Assembly (NCBI GenBank): GCA_003343885.1
Contig: QAKH01000071.1
Coordinates: 7,357-71,356 of the forward strand
DNA: 64,000 nucleotides
From: Clostridiales bacterium
GTDB lineage: Bacteria > Bacillota > Clostridia > Oscillospirales > CAG-382
Direction: 5' to 3'
Below, one piece after another: positions 33,988 through 43,200 of the stretch. The position numbers were made by a program, and so were the translations under genes. Each line of letters starts with the position of its first letter. Position 1 is the first letter of the stretch. Under the pieces are notes generated by a model. It was given only the letters and a program-made list of their open reading frames with translations, did no database searches and was not told where the DNA came from.

Positions 33988-34593
33988 ATGCTTTTCTATT
34001 TTATGCTGTCTGCTCTCACTGATGATGACAGACAGTTTGTTGAAAAAATATACAACGAGTACGGCAATTATATGTATTACACTGCATACAGCATTTTAAA
34101 AAACAAGCACGACGCTGAAGACGCAGTAAACGACGCGATGTGCAAAATTATAAAATATTTATCAAAATTTGAGAAAAGCGCTAACGAAAATGCATGTAAC
34201 ATGGTTACTATATGTATAAGGAGCATTATTAAAAACAAAGCGATTGATAACTACAACAAAAACAAAAAACGCTCAAAAATTTTTGACGATTACTACATAA
34301 AGGACAAAGAGGACGATGAATACGTAGTTCGAGATTTTGAAGACAAGAGTTTTGTTTTGGAAGAAAAAGTGATAAGGCAAGAAGAGTGTGAAATTGTCAG
34401 AAAGGCACTGCTTGAACTGACTCAGGATATGCAGGACGCAGTAAATCTGGTATATATGAGCGGATATTCCTGCGCAGAAGCTGCGGATTTTTTGGGAATA
34501 AGTGACGTGGCACTGCGTGCGAGATTGTTTAAGGCAAGAAAGAGGCTGAAGGAAATTCTTGAAAAGGAGTTGGACGTAGATGTTAAAAAATGA
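33988..34593 (+). CDS. ECF-type sigma-70 family RNA polymerase sigma factor
   Basis: Region 2 reads HDAEDAVNDAM and the region 4 HTH reads YMSGYSCAEAADFLGISDVALRARLFKARKRL. Confidence 0.85.
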   Translation: MLFYFMLSALTDDDRQFVEKIYNEYGNYMYYTAYSILKNKHDAEDAVNDAMCKIIKYLSKFEKSANENACNMVTICIRSIIKNKAIDNYNKNKKRSKIFDDYYIKDKEDDEYVVRDFEDKSFVLEEKVIRQEECEIVRKALLELTQDMQDAVNLVYMSGYSCAEAADFLGISDVALRARLFKARKRLKEILEKELDVDVKK

Positions 34594-35272
34594 TAAATTG
34601 GACGCATTGATAATTATGTCCGGCGATGTTCTAATTAAGAAAAATTATGAGCTGTACCAAAATACGGACGTTTCAGGAGTGATAAAACCAAAATCTCTTG
34701 ACAGAAGAGTTATGAGAAACATAAACAGAGAAAACAGGAAGAAAGAGTACGGAAATTTATACAAATACTTAAGAAGATGCGCGGTGTTAATCCTTGTTGT
34801 ATGTACGGTATCTTTTGCGGTTATGATGAGCGTAGAGGCTGTAAGAAGTGCTGTTTGGAATGCGATTATTGAGTTTTTTGATGACTATTTGTCTATATCG
34901 TATGTTATGGACAGCGAAGTTCCCGATAAAATAGAACAAAAGAGTGAACCTGAAATTGGAAGACCTGAATGGGAAAAACAGATAGTTTTTGATAATGATT
35001 TTATGTTTGGCATTGATTATTGGTATGACGGCAATTTGATGCTGTCTTATAAAAAGATAATTGTGGATGGTTCGGAAAACTGGTTAGATAATGAAAATAC
35101 AAAGTCAGAAAAAATAAACATTGGGGAGAATGTTGGTATGCTATTTTCTTTTGTCGATAAACAAACATACTGTTTGACTTGGCAAAACGATAAATATTGC
35201 TATTACTTGGAGTCATGCTCGCCAGAAATTTCAAAAGAAGAATTAATAGAGTGGGCTAAGCTGATAGAATAG
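34580..35272 (+). CDS. putative anti-sigma factor (single-pass membrane protein, DUF4367-like C-terminal domain)
   Basis: It overlaps the sigma gene by 14 nt and has one TM segment (CAVLILVVCTVSFAVMMSV). The C-terminal L.W....Y.L......S.EELI.WA pattern is DUF4367-like. Confidence 0.55.
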   Translation: MLKNDKLDALIIMSGDVLIKKNYELYQNTDVSGVIKPKSLDRRVMRNINRENRKKEYGNLYKYLRRCAVLILVVCTVSFAVMMSVEAVRSAVWNAIIEFFDDYLSISYVMDSEVPDKIEQKSEPEIGRPEWEKQIVFDNDFMFGIDYWYDGNLMLSYKKIIVDGSENWLDNENTKSEKINIGENVGMLFSFVDKQTYCLTWQNDKYCYYLESCSPEISKEELIEWAKLIE

Positions 35273-35291
35273 ATAAAAATAGTTTTGAATG

Positions 35292-35326
35292 CAGTTGCTG
35301 GGGATTAACCGGCAACTGTTTTTTTA
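35292..35326 (+). terminator. intrinsic terminator after the sigma/anti-sigma pair
   Basis: Stem CAGTTGC(TGG)/(CCG)GCAACTG followed by a 7-T run. Confidence 0.8.
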
Positions 35327-35369
35327 AAAACAAATAATTTTATAAAAAAATAAATTTTTTAAAAAACAT

Positions 35370-35397
35370 GGTAACATTTCTATGAGATTAACGGTAT
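35370..35397 (+). promoter_or_regulatory. ECF-like promoter candidate (GGTAAC-N16-CGGTAT) upstream of the secreted-protein genes
   Basis: It resembles the Bacillus ECF consensus tGaAAC-N16-CGTaT. This is a single occurrence and is untested. Confidence 0.3.
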
Positions 35398-35494
35398 TTA
35401 AAACTAGAAGACTGTTTATTGAGGTGATTCCAATGATATAAAGTAAGTAGTAGAAAAAAGAATTAATTTATTAAAAATGGAAGGTGAAACTGAT

Positions 35495-35908
35495 ATGAAA
35501 AAATTTTTCGCAGTTATTATTATTTTTTCTATGTTATTTGTAGGAACTGGAGCTTTTTCAGTTTCAGCAAATTCCTCAACTGTAATTACTCCTTATTGGC
35601 TAAATGTAACAAGTGTAATAGGAGTTGTTGGTTACAATGATAGTGGAACTGTAGGAACAGTAAGTATAAGCATTAACGGGGTAGCTTCAGTTAGTCGAAT
35701 TACAGCTACAATTATGCTATACTATAAAAACAGTACAGGAAACTGGATAGAAATTCCTGAAGTATTTGACAATTACGATGTAAACTCAAGAACAATTGCT
35801 ATAAACGAAACTTTCGATGCAACTCCCGGGACTGAATATAAGGTTGAACTTGAAGCACATGTTTATGCAAACGGAATAACAGAAATTGTTACGAAAAAAT
35901 TCACCTAA
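35495..35908 (+). CDS. small secreted protein (137 aa)
   Basis: ATG 35495 follows the RBS GGAAGGTGA. The signal peptide is MKKFFAVIIIFSMLFVGTGAFSVSA. Confidence 0.6.
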   Translation: MKKFFAVIIIFSMLFVGTGAFSVSANSSTVITPYWLNVTSVIGVVGYNDSGTVGTVSISINGVASVSRITATIMLYYKNSTGNWIEIPEVFDNYDVNSRTIAINETFDATPGTEYKVELEAHVYANGITEIVTKKFT

Positions 35909-35951
35909 TATTGTACATAAAACAAAACAAATTAAAGAAAGGAAAATTACT

Positions 35952-36632
35952 ATGACTTGCAATTTAAGAAAACTGAGCGTGCTCGCTCTTTCAATTACAG
36001 TTGCTTTTTCAAATTTTTCAATCGCTTTTGCTGAACCAACAGAAAATTCAACGACAGATAATGAATATTTTTTAAACGAAACAACTGATGAGTCTAACCC
36101 TAAGTTCGAAATGTTGGACGAAAATGGAAATGTAGAAGAAGTGTTGGATTTTGAGTTAGCAAATACATATTATATGAGTGCTGAGTCACAATCTCAGATG
36201 AACAGCATATCTCCTCGGGCGATTGTAACACCAGATCCAGATACAAATTTTTATGATTTGAGCGAAGGAACTTACTCTATGTATTTTGGACAATCAAAAA
36301 CCGTATATGAAATGGATAAATGGTTTCATGCAAATAGTGATGGAGAACTATATATCTCAACATCTGTTTATGATGCGGATGGTAAAATAATGTTTTATCG
36401 CTATAGTTTTGATTATGAAACTCACTTTTGGCTGATACACGAATACGAACTACAACTTAATTCTTATAACTACAGAGCCAGATATTTTAACGGAAGAGTG
36501 AGAAATCTTGACTCAGAGGGAGAAAAATACTATACTTATCTGGTCACATCAACCGGTGATGAATTTTTAATAGGTCTGTTAAAAGCCTCTTGGGAAAGCA
36601 TAGATGATCCATATGGTCCGGAAATCGACTAA
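35952..36632 (+). CDS. secreted protein (226 aa), unknown family
   Basis: ATG 35952 follows the RBS AAAGAAAGGAAAA. The signal peptide ends in SIAFA. Confidence 0.6.
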   Translation: MTCNLRKLSVLALSITVAFSNFSIAFAEPTENSTTDNEYFLNETTDESNPKFEMLDENGNVEEVLDFELANTYYMSAESQSQMNSISPRAIVTPDPDTNFYDLSEGTYSMYFGQSKTVYEMDKWFHANSDGELYISTSVYDADGKIMFYRYSFDYETHFWLIHEYELQLNSYNYRARYFNGRVRNLDSEGEKYYTYLVTSTGDEFLIGLLKASWESIDDPYGPEID

Positions 36633-36710
36633 GCTAAAACTTTTATGACTATAACTGCCGCGGTATATTAGTAATACTGCGGCAGTTAACTGGAAAAGGA
36701 GAATAAGAAA

Positions 36711-38450
36711 ATGAGAAAATGTGCAAATATGTTTTCGGTGCTCTTAATATCTGCCGCACTAATCTTTTCGCTCTGCGCTTCTGCTGATGGAATAACTTTT
36801 TTTAACGCAGAATATAACGGTATAACTTTCATGGCGGCTATTGAAGACGACGAACTCGACATTATAGGCTTTGTAGGCGAAGATATGCCTGAAACGGTAG
36901 TTTTTCCTTCAGAAATAGACGGCGTCCCGGTAAGATATATTCAAAATGTTCAGTTAGACGGCAGTTTGACGGAACAATATATTCCGTTTGATTTGCAGGG
37001 AATAAAAGAAATGATTGTTTCGGATGGAATACAGCTGTTCTCAGAATTCACTGGAACTGAGAACCTTGAAACTGTTGTGCTTCCCGAAAGTGTGCAGCAT
37101 ATCCCGAGTTACGGCTTTGCCGGAGCGTCAAATTTGAAAAATATAAACCTTGAGAATGTTAAAAGGGTATTGAGCTATTCATTTTATAAATGCACAAGCC
37201 TTAAAGAAGTCAATCTGTCAAGTGCTGAAAGTATTTCAGATACAGCATTTGAAGAAGTGACTGACCTTATTATTTACGGATATCCCGGTTCGGCCGCTGA
37301 GGATTTTGCCGTAAAACACGGATATGAGTTCAGAAAAGTGCTTACCGAAGAACAGGAACAAAGCATAACCGAAATGGCAAAAAAATTGCAAATTCTCGGT
37401 CTGTTAAAGGGTACTGGAACGGATGATGAAACCGGAGAAACTGTGTTTGAGCTCAATAGAAGCGCAACAAGAGCCGAAGCGCTGGTAATGCTGATAAGAC
37501 TTCTCGGATGTGAGCAGCAGGCATTGTCAAGCGAAAAAACGCATCCGTTTACCGATGTTCCGGAGTGGGCAGACGGTTACGTTTCTTACGCCTACGAAAA
37601 CGGTCTTACAAAAGGCGTGTCCGAGAACGCTTTTGATCCTGACGCCGAAGTGAGCGCCGCTTCATTCCTGACATTTGTGCTCAGGGCTCTGCAATATGAA
37701 GATTGCGCAGAAACTCCGGATTTTGCATGGGACAGCCCGTGGGAACTTGCGCAAGAGTGCGGTATTATAAAATCTGATACAAGACGAGACGTATTACTTC
37801 GCGGGCACATGGTTGAAATATCATATAATGCCCTCTTCGCAAAAATTAAAGGTACAGAAACAAAATTATACGAAAAAATGATTTCTTCCGGAGTGATTTC
37901 AAAAGAACAGTGGAATGAAACGCAAATTAATCCGCAAATCGGCGGCGGCGACTATATTTTTTCCAGAAAATTTAGAGATGAAGTGTATAATATATATCTG
38001 GCGACTCAAATCGTGGGTGAAGAAGCATCCGAGCAGTGGGTTAATGACTATTTAGCGAAACCGCCGGAAGAGCAGGAGGGTTTACCTCCAATTTATCAAA
38101 TAATACGTGACTTAAACATAACAAGAGAACAGTTTGAAGCGGAAAATGAAAAATATATAGGATTTGGCAACTATTTTTCACAGGATATTATCGACGCACT
38201 TTACTGCGGTAACGAAGAAGAAATGAAAATACTTCTGGCAAATCCGTATGCGCTGGTATATGACGGCGAAATATACACATTCAACGAACTTTCAAATACC
38301 CCAGCTACATGTTCCGCTCAGTCGATTCCGGCTGATGTTATGGAAGAATATCTTGACTATATAGAGTCGGTTCTTGAAAACGCAGGGATTTTGAAATATG
38401 AGCAGGAAAGAATTGACAATCTTAGGGAATACTGCGAAACTGGCGAATGA
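36711..38450 (+). CDS. secreted BspA-type leucine-rich-repeat protein with an SLH-like module
   Basis: It has a signal peptide and LRR units (LETVVLPESVQHIPSYGFAGASNLKNINL...). An SLH-like segment follows: FTDVPEWADGYVSYAYENGLTKGVSENAFDPDAEV. Confidence 0.7.
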   Translation: MRKCANMFSVLLISAALIFSLCASADGITFFNAEYNGITFMAAIEDDELDIIGFVGEDMPETVVFPSEIDGVPVRYIQNVQLDGSLTEQYIPFDLQGIKEMIVSDGIQLFSEFTGTENLETVVLPESVQHIPSYGFAGASNLKNINLENVKRVLSYSFYKCTSLKEVNLSSAESISDTAFEEVTDLIIYGYPGSAAEDFAVKHGYEFRKVLTEEQEQSITEMAKKLQILGLLKGTGTDDETGETVFELNRSATRAEALVMLIRLLGCEQQALSSEKTHPFTDVPEWADGYVSYAYENGLTKGVSENAFDPDAEVSAASFLTFVLRALQYEDCAETPDFAWDSPWELAQECGIIKSDTRRDVLLRGHMVEISYNALFAKIKGTETKLYEKMISSGVISKEQWNETQINPQIGGGDYIFSRKFRDEVYNIYLATQIVGEEASEQWVNDYLAKPPEEQEGLPPIYQIIRDLNITREQFEAENEKYIGFGNYFSQDIIDALYCGNEEEMKILLANPYALVYDGEIYTFNELSNTPATCSAQSIPADVMEEYLDYIESVLENAGILKYEQERIDNLREYCETGE

Positions 38451-38520
38451 CCAAGGCTAAAGACCAATAAAAAGATGTCGGATTTAGTAGGGTTGCAACT
38501 GATTTTTGCTTGATTTGTCA

Positions 38521-38559
38521 CAAAAAAATTCACCATAGACTCATTTTGAATCTATGGTG
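38521..38559 (-). terminator. intrinsic terminator downstream of the glycosyltransferase gene (may also serve the convergent + gene)
   Basis: Stem CACCATAGA/TCTATGGTG (38531-38539 / 38551-38559), with a 7-T run on the minus strand. Confidence 0.7.
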
Positions 38560-38734
38560 GATTTCTGTTATCCTATTCGGTTTTCATATTTCTCCGTTAA
38601 GGACATCCCGCTTTATATGTACGGCTTTTTTTATAATTATATATTTTTATATTCCCTTATCGTCACATGGTCGCATTTTTCCGCAAGTATAGTTTAATGA
38701 CAAAAACTCTTACATGTTTATCGAAAACAAATTT

Positions 38735-39964
38735 TCATTTTTTTACTCTGAGTTTTTTTCCATGTTTTAGCAGCCTGTCAAGCTTGCTGCGATCCCCTTT
38801 GTGCTTATTTTTACAAAGTTTCAAGGTGTCCTCGTATAATTTAGCTACGGATTTTGCAAAAACTTCACTTTGAAAACATTCGGGTAAAACAGTATGCGCT
38901 GTTTCACCGGTGTTTTTCTTCAAATCAATTATTCTGTCGAGAGCCGAAGCGAAAGAGTCGGAGTCATCAAAAAACGCTCCGTTTTCACCGTCGGTAATCG
39001 CTTCCTCAAGACATTTTCTGTCTTTTGCAAGAACCGGAACGCCGCAGAATAAGGCTTCGTAAAATGTAAGCCCTTGGGTCTCGCTCATGGAAGCGCTGGC
39101 GAATACGTCGCTCGCATCATAAAAACGGCGTATGTCAGTGTGTTTTACTCCGTCGCCAACCGTTACTTTTTCTTCCAAACCGAGTTTTTTTACTTTCTTT
39201 ATTAAAGAATCCTTGTAGGGACCGTCACCTACCGTAAGCAAATGTACATTGTCGTGAGTCTTGATGTACGAAGCAAAATACTCAAGCAATTCGTCGAGAT
39301 TTTTCTCTGCCGAAATACGGCCTAAAAATAGGATAAGCCGCTGTTTGTCAGAAATACCGAGTTGTTTTCTGGTCTCAGCACCGGCTAAAGGATCTTGCGA
39401 TTTAAGCTCGCTGAAATCTATACCTGTTGGTATAATGCGCATGTTTATGTCTTTGGAAAAATCTTCGGATGAAACATAGTCATACATTTTTTTTGTAGGA
39501 ACTATAAGCGCATCGCATTTTTTGAAACAGTGGTTGAGAAAGCGGGGAACAAGCTTATCACGCACTGCTGAGATTTTTTGGAAAAAACCAATGTAATATT
39601 TATAGTCGGTATGAAAAGTATGTATCCATGCCGGCGTATTTTTGCATTTTGAATGAATATGCCTTGCTGTCATAAACGTTGAAAATTCACAGTTTGTATG
39701 GATAATATCAGGATTCCAGTCTATAATTTCATCGACATATTTGCTTTTTGCCGGAATTCTCATGCGGATTCCCGGATATATAAGAGCAGGAATGCTTGAA
39801 AGACAGTAGCTGTCGCCATCCCTATGCGATTTTGTCCCATCAGCCAAAGTCAGCACTTTCACTTCGTAATTCAATTTTTGCAGTTCTCTTAAAAGTATGC
39901 CCAAGGATACTGAAACGCCGTTTTGTTTATCAGCCTGCACATCGTGAAGCAGTAATATTTTCAT
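38735..39964 (-). CDS. GT4-family glycosyltransferase
   Basis: The N-terminal half contains GVSVS. The C-terminal half carries the EX7E-type motif SETQGLTFYEALFCGVPVLA. Confidence 0.88.
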   Translation of the reverse strand: MKILLLHDVQADKQNGVSVSLGILLRELQKLNYEVKVLTLADGTKSHRDGDSYCLSSIPALIYPGIRMRIPAKSKYVDEIIDWNPDIIHTNCEFSTFMTARHIHSKCKNTPAWIHTFHTDYKYYIGFFQKISAVRDKLVPRFLNHCFKKCDALIVPTKKMYDYVSSEDFSKDINMRIIPTGIDFSELKSQDPLAGAETRKQLGISDKQRLILFLGRISAEKNLDELLEYFASYIKTHDNVHLLTVGDGPYKDSLIKKVKKLGLEEKVTVGDGVKHTDIRRFYDASDVFASASMSETQGLTFYEALFCGVPVLAKDRKCLEEAITDGENGAFFDDSDSFASALDRIIDLKKNTGETAHTVLPECFQSEVFAKSVAKLYEDTLKLCKNKHKGDRSKLDRLLKHGKKLRVKK

Positions 39965-40140
39965 TGCGTCTTAACCTCCGGTCTTTTATATTTGTTCAAA
40001 ATCTTAAAAAAGTTTACATTCTTTGATAACATTATATAATACGCAAAGTTCAAAGTCAACAGTGATTAACAATGTTAAGAATATTTTAATCCGAAACAAT
40101 ACAAGTTTTTAAGTTTTTCAAAAAAAAAGAGATATGCGGC

Positions 40141-40169
40141 TTGCAAAATAATAAAAAAAGTGATATTAT
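40141..40169 (+). promoter_or_regulatory. sigma-A-type promoter candidate for the 1648-aa gene
   Basis: TTGCAA (40141-40146), a 17-nt spacer, then TATTAT (40164-40169). Confidence 0.5.
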
Positions 40170-40217
40170 ATAAAGTGAATATTTGTGTGAAATTTTTGGC
40201 TGAAGGAGAGCTCTGAT

Positions 40218-43200
40218 ATGACAAACGGATACAGTAACCTGAAACCCAGCATTTCTGTCGAGGCAAGTCCCATATATTCGGCTTCAATTGCTTCGTCAGG
40301 CGTATCGCCGGTTATTTCCGTAATCATTTCGGAGCTGCCGGAAAAAGAGTTTGACCTTTCTGTTTCCATAGTCGGAAAAAGCGCCGGTACTGTTTTTATA
40401 CAAACCGGTGAGAGAAACTTTGAACGGACGTGTACCGATACATATGATCGCCAGGGAAAAAACAGGTTGATAATTCGTTTTGAACAAGGCGATTTTGAAA
40501 TAAACCGGGAATATCTTTATAACCTTTATAACATTGAGTCGGCCCAAATTGCATCTTTAACGGCTAAAGTAACGATAGGCATCAAGGAATATCAAGCAGA
40601 AACTGAAATAAAACTTGCTCCGGCATATGAATGGCAGGGAATAGAGTACCACCCTGAATCTCTTGCGAGTTATATATGCAGTACTGAATCAGGAGTGGCA
40701 GAGCTTGCCGCGCCGGCAAGGGAAATACAGGAAAGAGAGCAGAAACTAAGAGCTTTGGTAAAAAATATACGGGCAAAAAATATAATCTGCGCCGCTCGTG
40801 ATTCATATAGCCCCGAAAGACGTCAGTCAATAAAAAGCCACGATGTCCTGTTGGCACGGGGAACGGTTGTTGCTACGCCTATGGAGCTTGCGGTTCTGTT
40901 TTGTGCTTGTGCGGAGTACTTGGATTTGCTGCCGGTACTCGTGTTTTCGACAAATATGACAGGCAATGTAAGCATGTTCTGCGGAGTAAGGTCAAGCCGG
41001 TGTTCTGTGACTTCAGCGGTTTTTGAAAGCCTGTCTGCATTGAGAGGCGCTATTCAAAAGGGAGAGATAGCGTTATTTGATCCGGCGCTTTTAGCTTCGG
41101 CGCAGAATATGGATCCTGTTATGGCGTGTCAGCTTGCAGGCGAGTATTTCAAGAAATTGACGACTCGTCTGGTCTTGGGCATTGATATAGAAAATTCAAG
41201 GCTTAGCGGTGTTTCACCAATGTATGCCGAAAAAAACGGATCGAACAAAACTACGGCGGCGCCGAAGGATACGTTAGCTAAAATATATGCGAATTTATCT
41301 GAAAACCGCATATTGGATATGTTAGCCGGAGTATATACATGCTGGGATATAATACCTTTGCTCGGAAAACTTGAATCTGATTCTCTGTATTGCAACGTTT
41401 CCGATAAAGAAGCCGCTCGTACAATAAAACCGCTTGAAATAAGCGATAAAATATCTGCTTTTGCAGGAATTTCAGATAATTTTGCTTCTTTCGCACTTAG
41501 GGAAGAAAAGTCTTCTTCCTACAACAAGTCGGAAATGGAAGCGGTTAGTTTAAAATATGCAAACTTCAGGGAGAAGATTTCACAGAAGAGCTGTGAGATT
41601 GCCGGATTATACGAAAAAAAATTTCACGAAACAGCGTCGAGAATGTGTTTCGGCAATACCAAAGAAAATCAAAACTACATGATTTGCGGTTTTATGAGAA
41701 TCACTCGGAGGGAAACCGGAAATACGAGATATTTGCCGCTGGCGTTTTATAAAGTGAAGCTTTGGAAGGAGTACGATTATTTTTACTCGTTTGTTTCGGA
41801 TCAGCCGGTAATAAATACCGTGCTTGTGAATTATCTTTCGGGTAGTGCCCTTCATAAGGAGTTTGCCGGCTGTAAGACGCCGTCAGACGTGTTTATGCAG
41901 TTTGAAAATCTTGCTTCTTTTGCACGTAAAAAGCACCAGGCAGAATTTTCTGACGTCTGCGTTATTTACGAAAGAGCGCTTATAAAAGCTGATTTTTCTG
42001 AATATTTTCTGCGTAATGATATAAAAGCCCATGCTTCAAAAATGCTTAAAAACAGCAACTATGAGCTCATACTCGCTAGGGGGGCGAAAAGTAATCCGGC
42101 AAACAGAGAAAATAAGGCAGATGATGTAGATGCCGGGCAGAAGAATAGTTCGGAAAGAGCATATGTACGCTTTGCTCCGAAGCATATAAAAAATATCCTC
42201 CAAAATTCTGATAACTGCGTGATTACCGGAAGCTCCGTCAAGGAAAAAATAGATGTTGCGGTAAATAGGGCGGCGTTGTCTTTTTCAAACGGTGAGACCG
42301 TTTTGGTCGCTTCGGAGAATGATGAGTTTCTCGAATGTGTAAGAAAGGAACTTGAGATATCAGGTCTTTCTGAAGCTGTTATTTGTTTGAATAAGTACGG
42401 AAGTACGGACGAACTTGTAAAGGCTATGCTTGAACGAATAGAGAAGGCGGAGCAGTGGGAGAGGAACGCTTCAGCTCCGGAAGTGCTTTCGAGCGAATTT
42501 AGTGACATAGCAGACAAGCTTAAAAAATATGGCAATGCCCTGACGGCGCCTGATAAAGACGTATGTATTTCTCCGATTGACGCTGCCGCATCTTATTACA
42601 GCGCCGCCGGAAAATGCGGCTGCATGGACTTGCTTGATGTGGAAAAGTCAGCGTTTGAAGAGTTCACCGCCGCAAAACTGAATAAGCTGTTTGAACTTGC
42701 CGAAAAATTAATTAATACTTGCAGCAGCGCTATGATTTCGGCAGGAATGAGCGAAAGTCAGCCGCTCAAAACGCACCCTCTCTTTGCGCTGTCACCGGAA
42801 AAAATGCCGGAACGAGAGGAGCTTTCTCAAGCCTCGGACTTAATATACAGAATATTGCCGGTATTATCCGAATATCGTGAAACATTTTTAGATATAAGCG
42901 ATAAGTTAGGCTTTTCCATAAATGAATTATCAAACGCAGGTAATTTGCTTGCGCTTAATGAGCTGTATCGATTGATTATTTCAGCAAGGGAACTTGACAT
43001 TCCTTCAGATTTTGAAAAATCGGATATACATAGCTTTGCTGACGGAACCGGTGAGCTCCAAAGAAATAAAAACCGCATGGAAGCAATTGAGTACCAGCTG
43101 AAATTTTTCTCACCTGAGATATTTGAGGACGTAGGAGCGATTTTATCCGGCAATGAAGCTCCGGCAAGAGAGCAGTCAGGCTTTTTGAAAAGATTTCTTG

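Noticed and set aside
121-38485. Shared 13-mer AGATGTCGGATTT at 121-133 and 38473-38485, both just downstream of genes
   Set aside because: This is a single short match with no extended similarity around it. The two copies have different orientations relative to the adjacent genes, which is consistent with chance.
38510-38873. Two 60-68-aa plus-strand ORFs downstream of the LRR protein
   Set aside because: The first overlaps the terminator hairpin and the second lies antisense to the 3' end of the GT4 gene. Both are low-complexity and lack an RBS.
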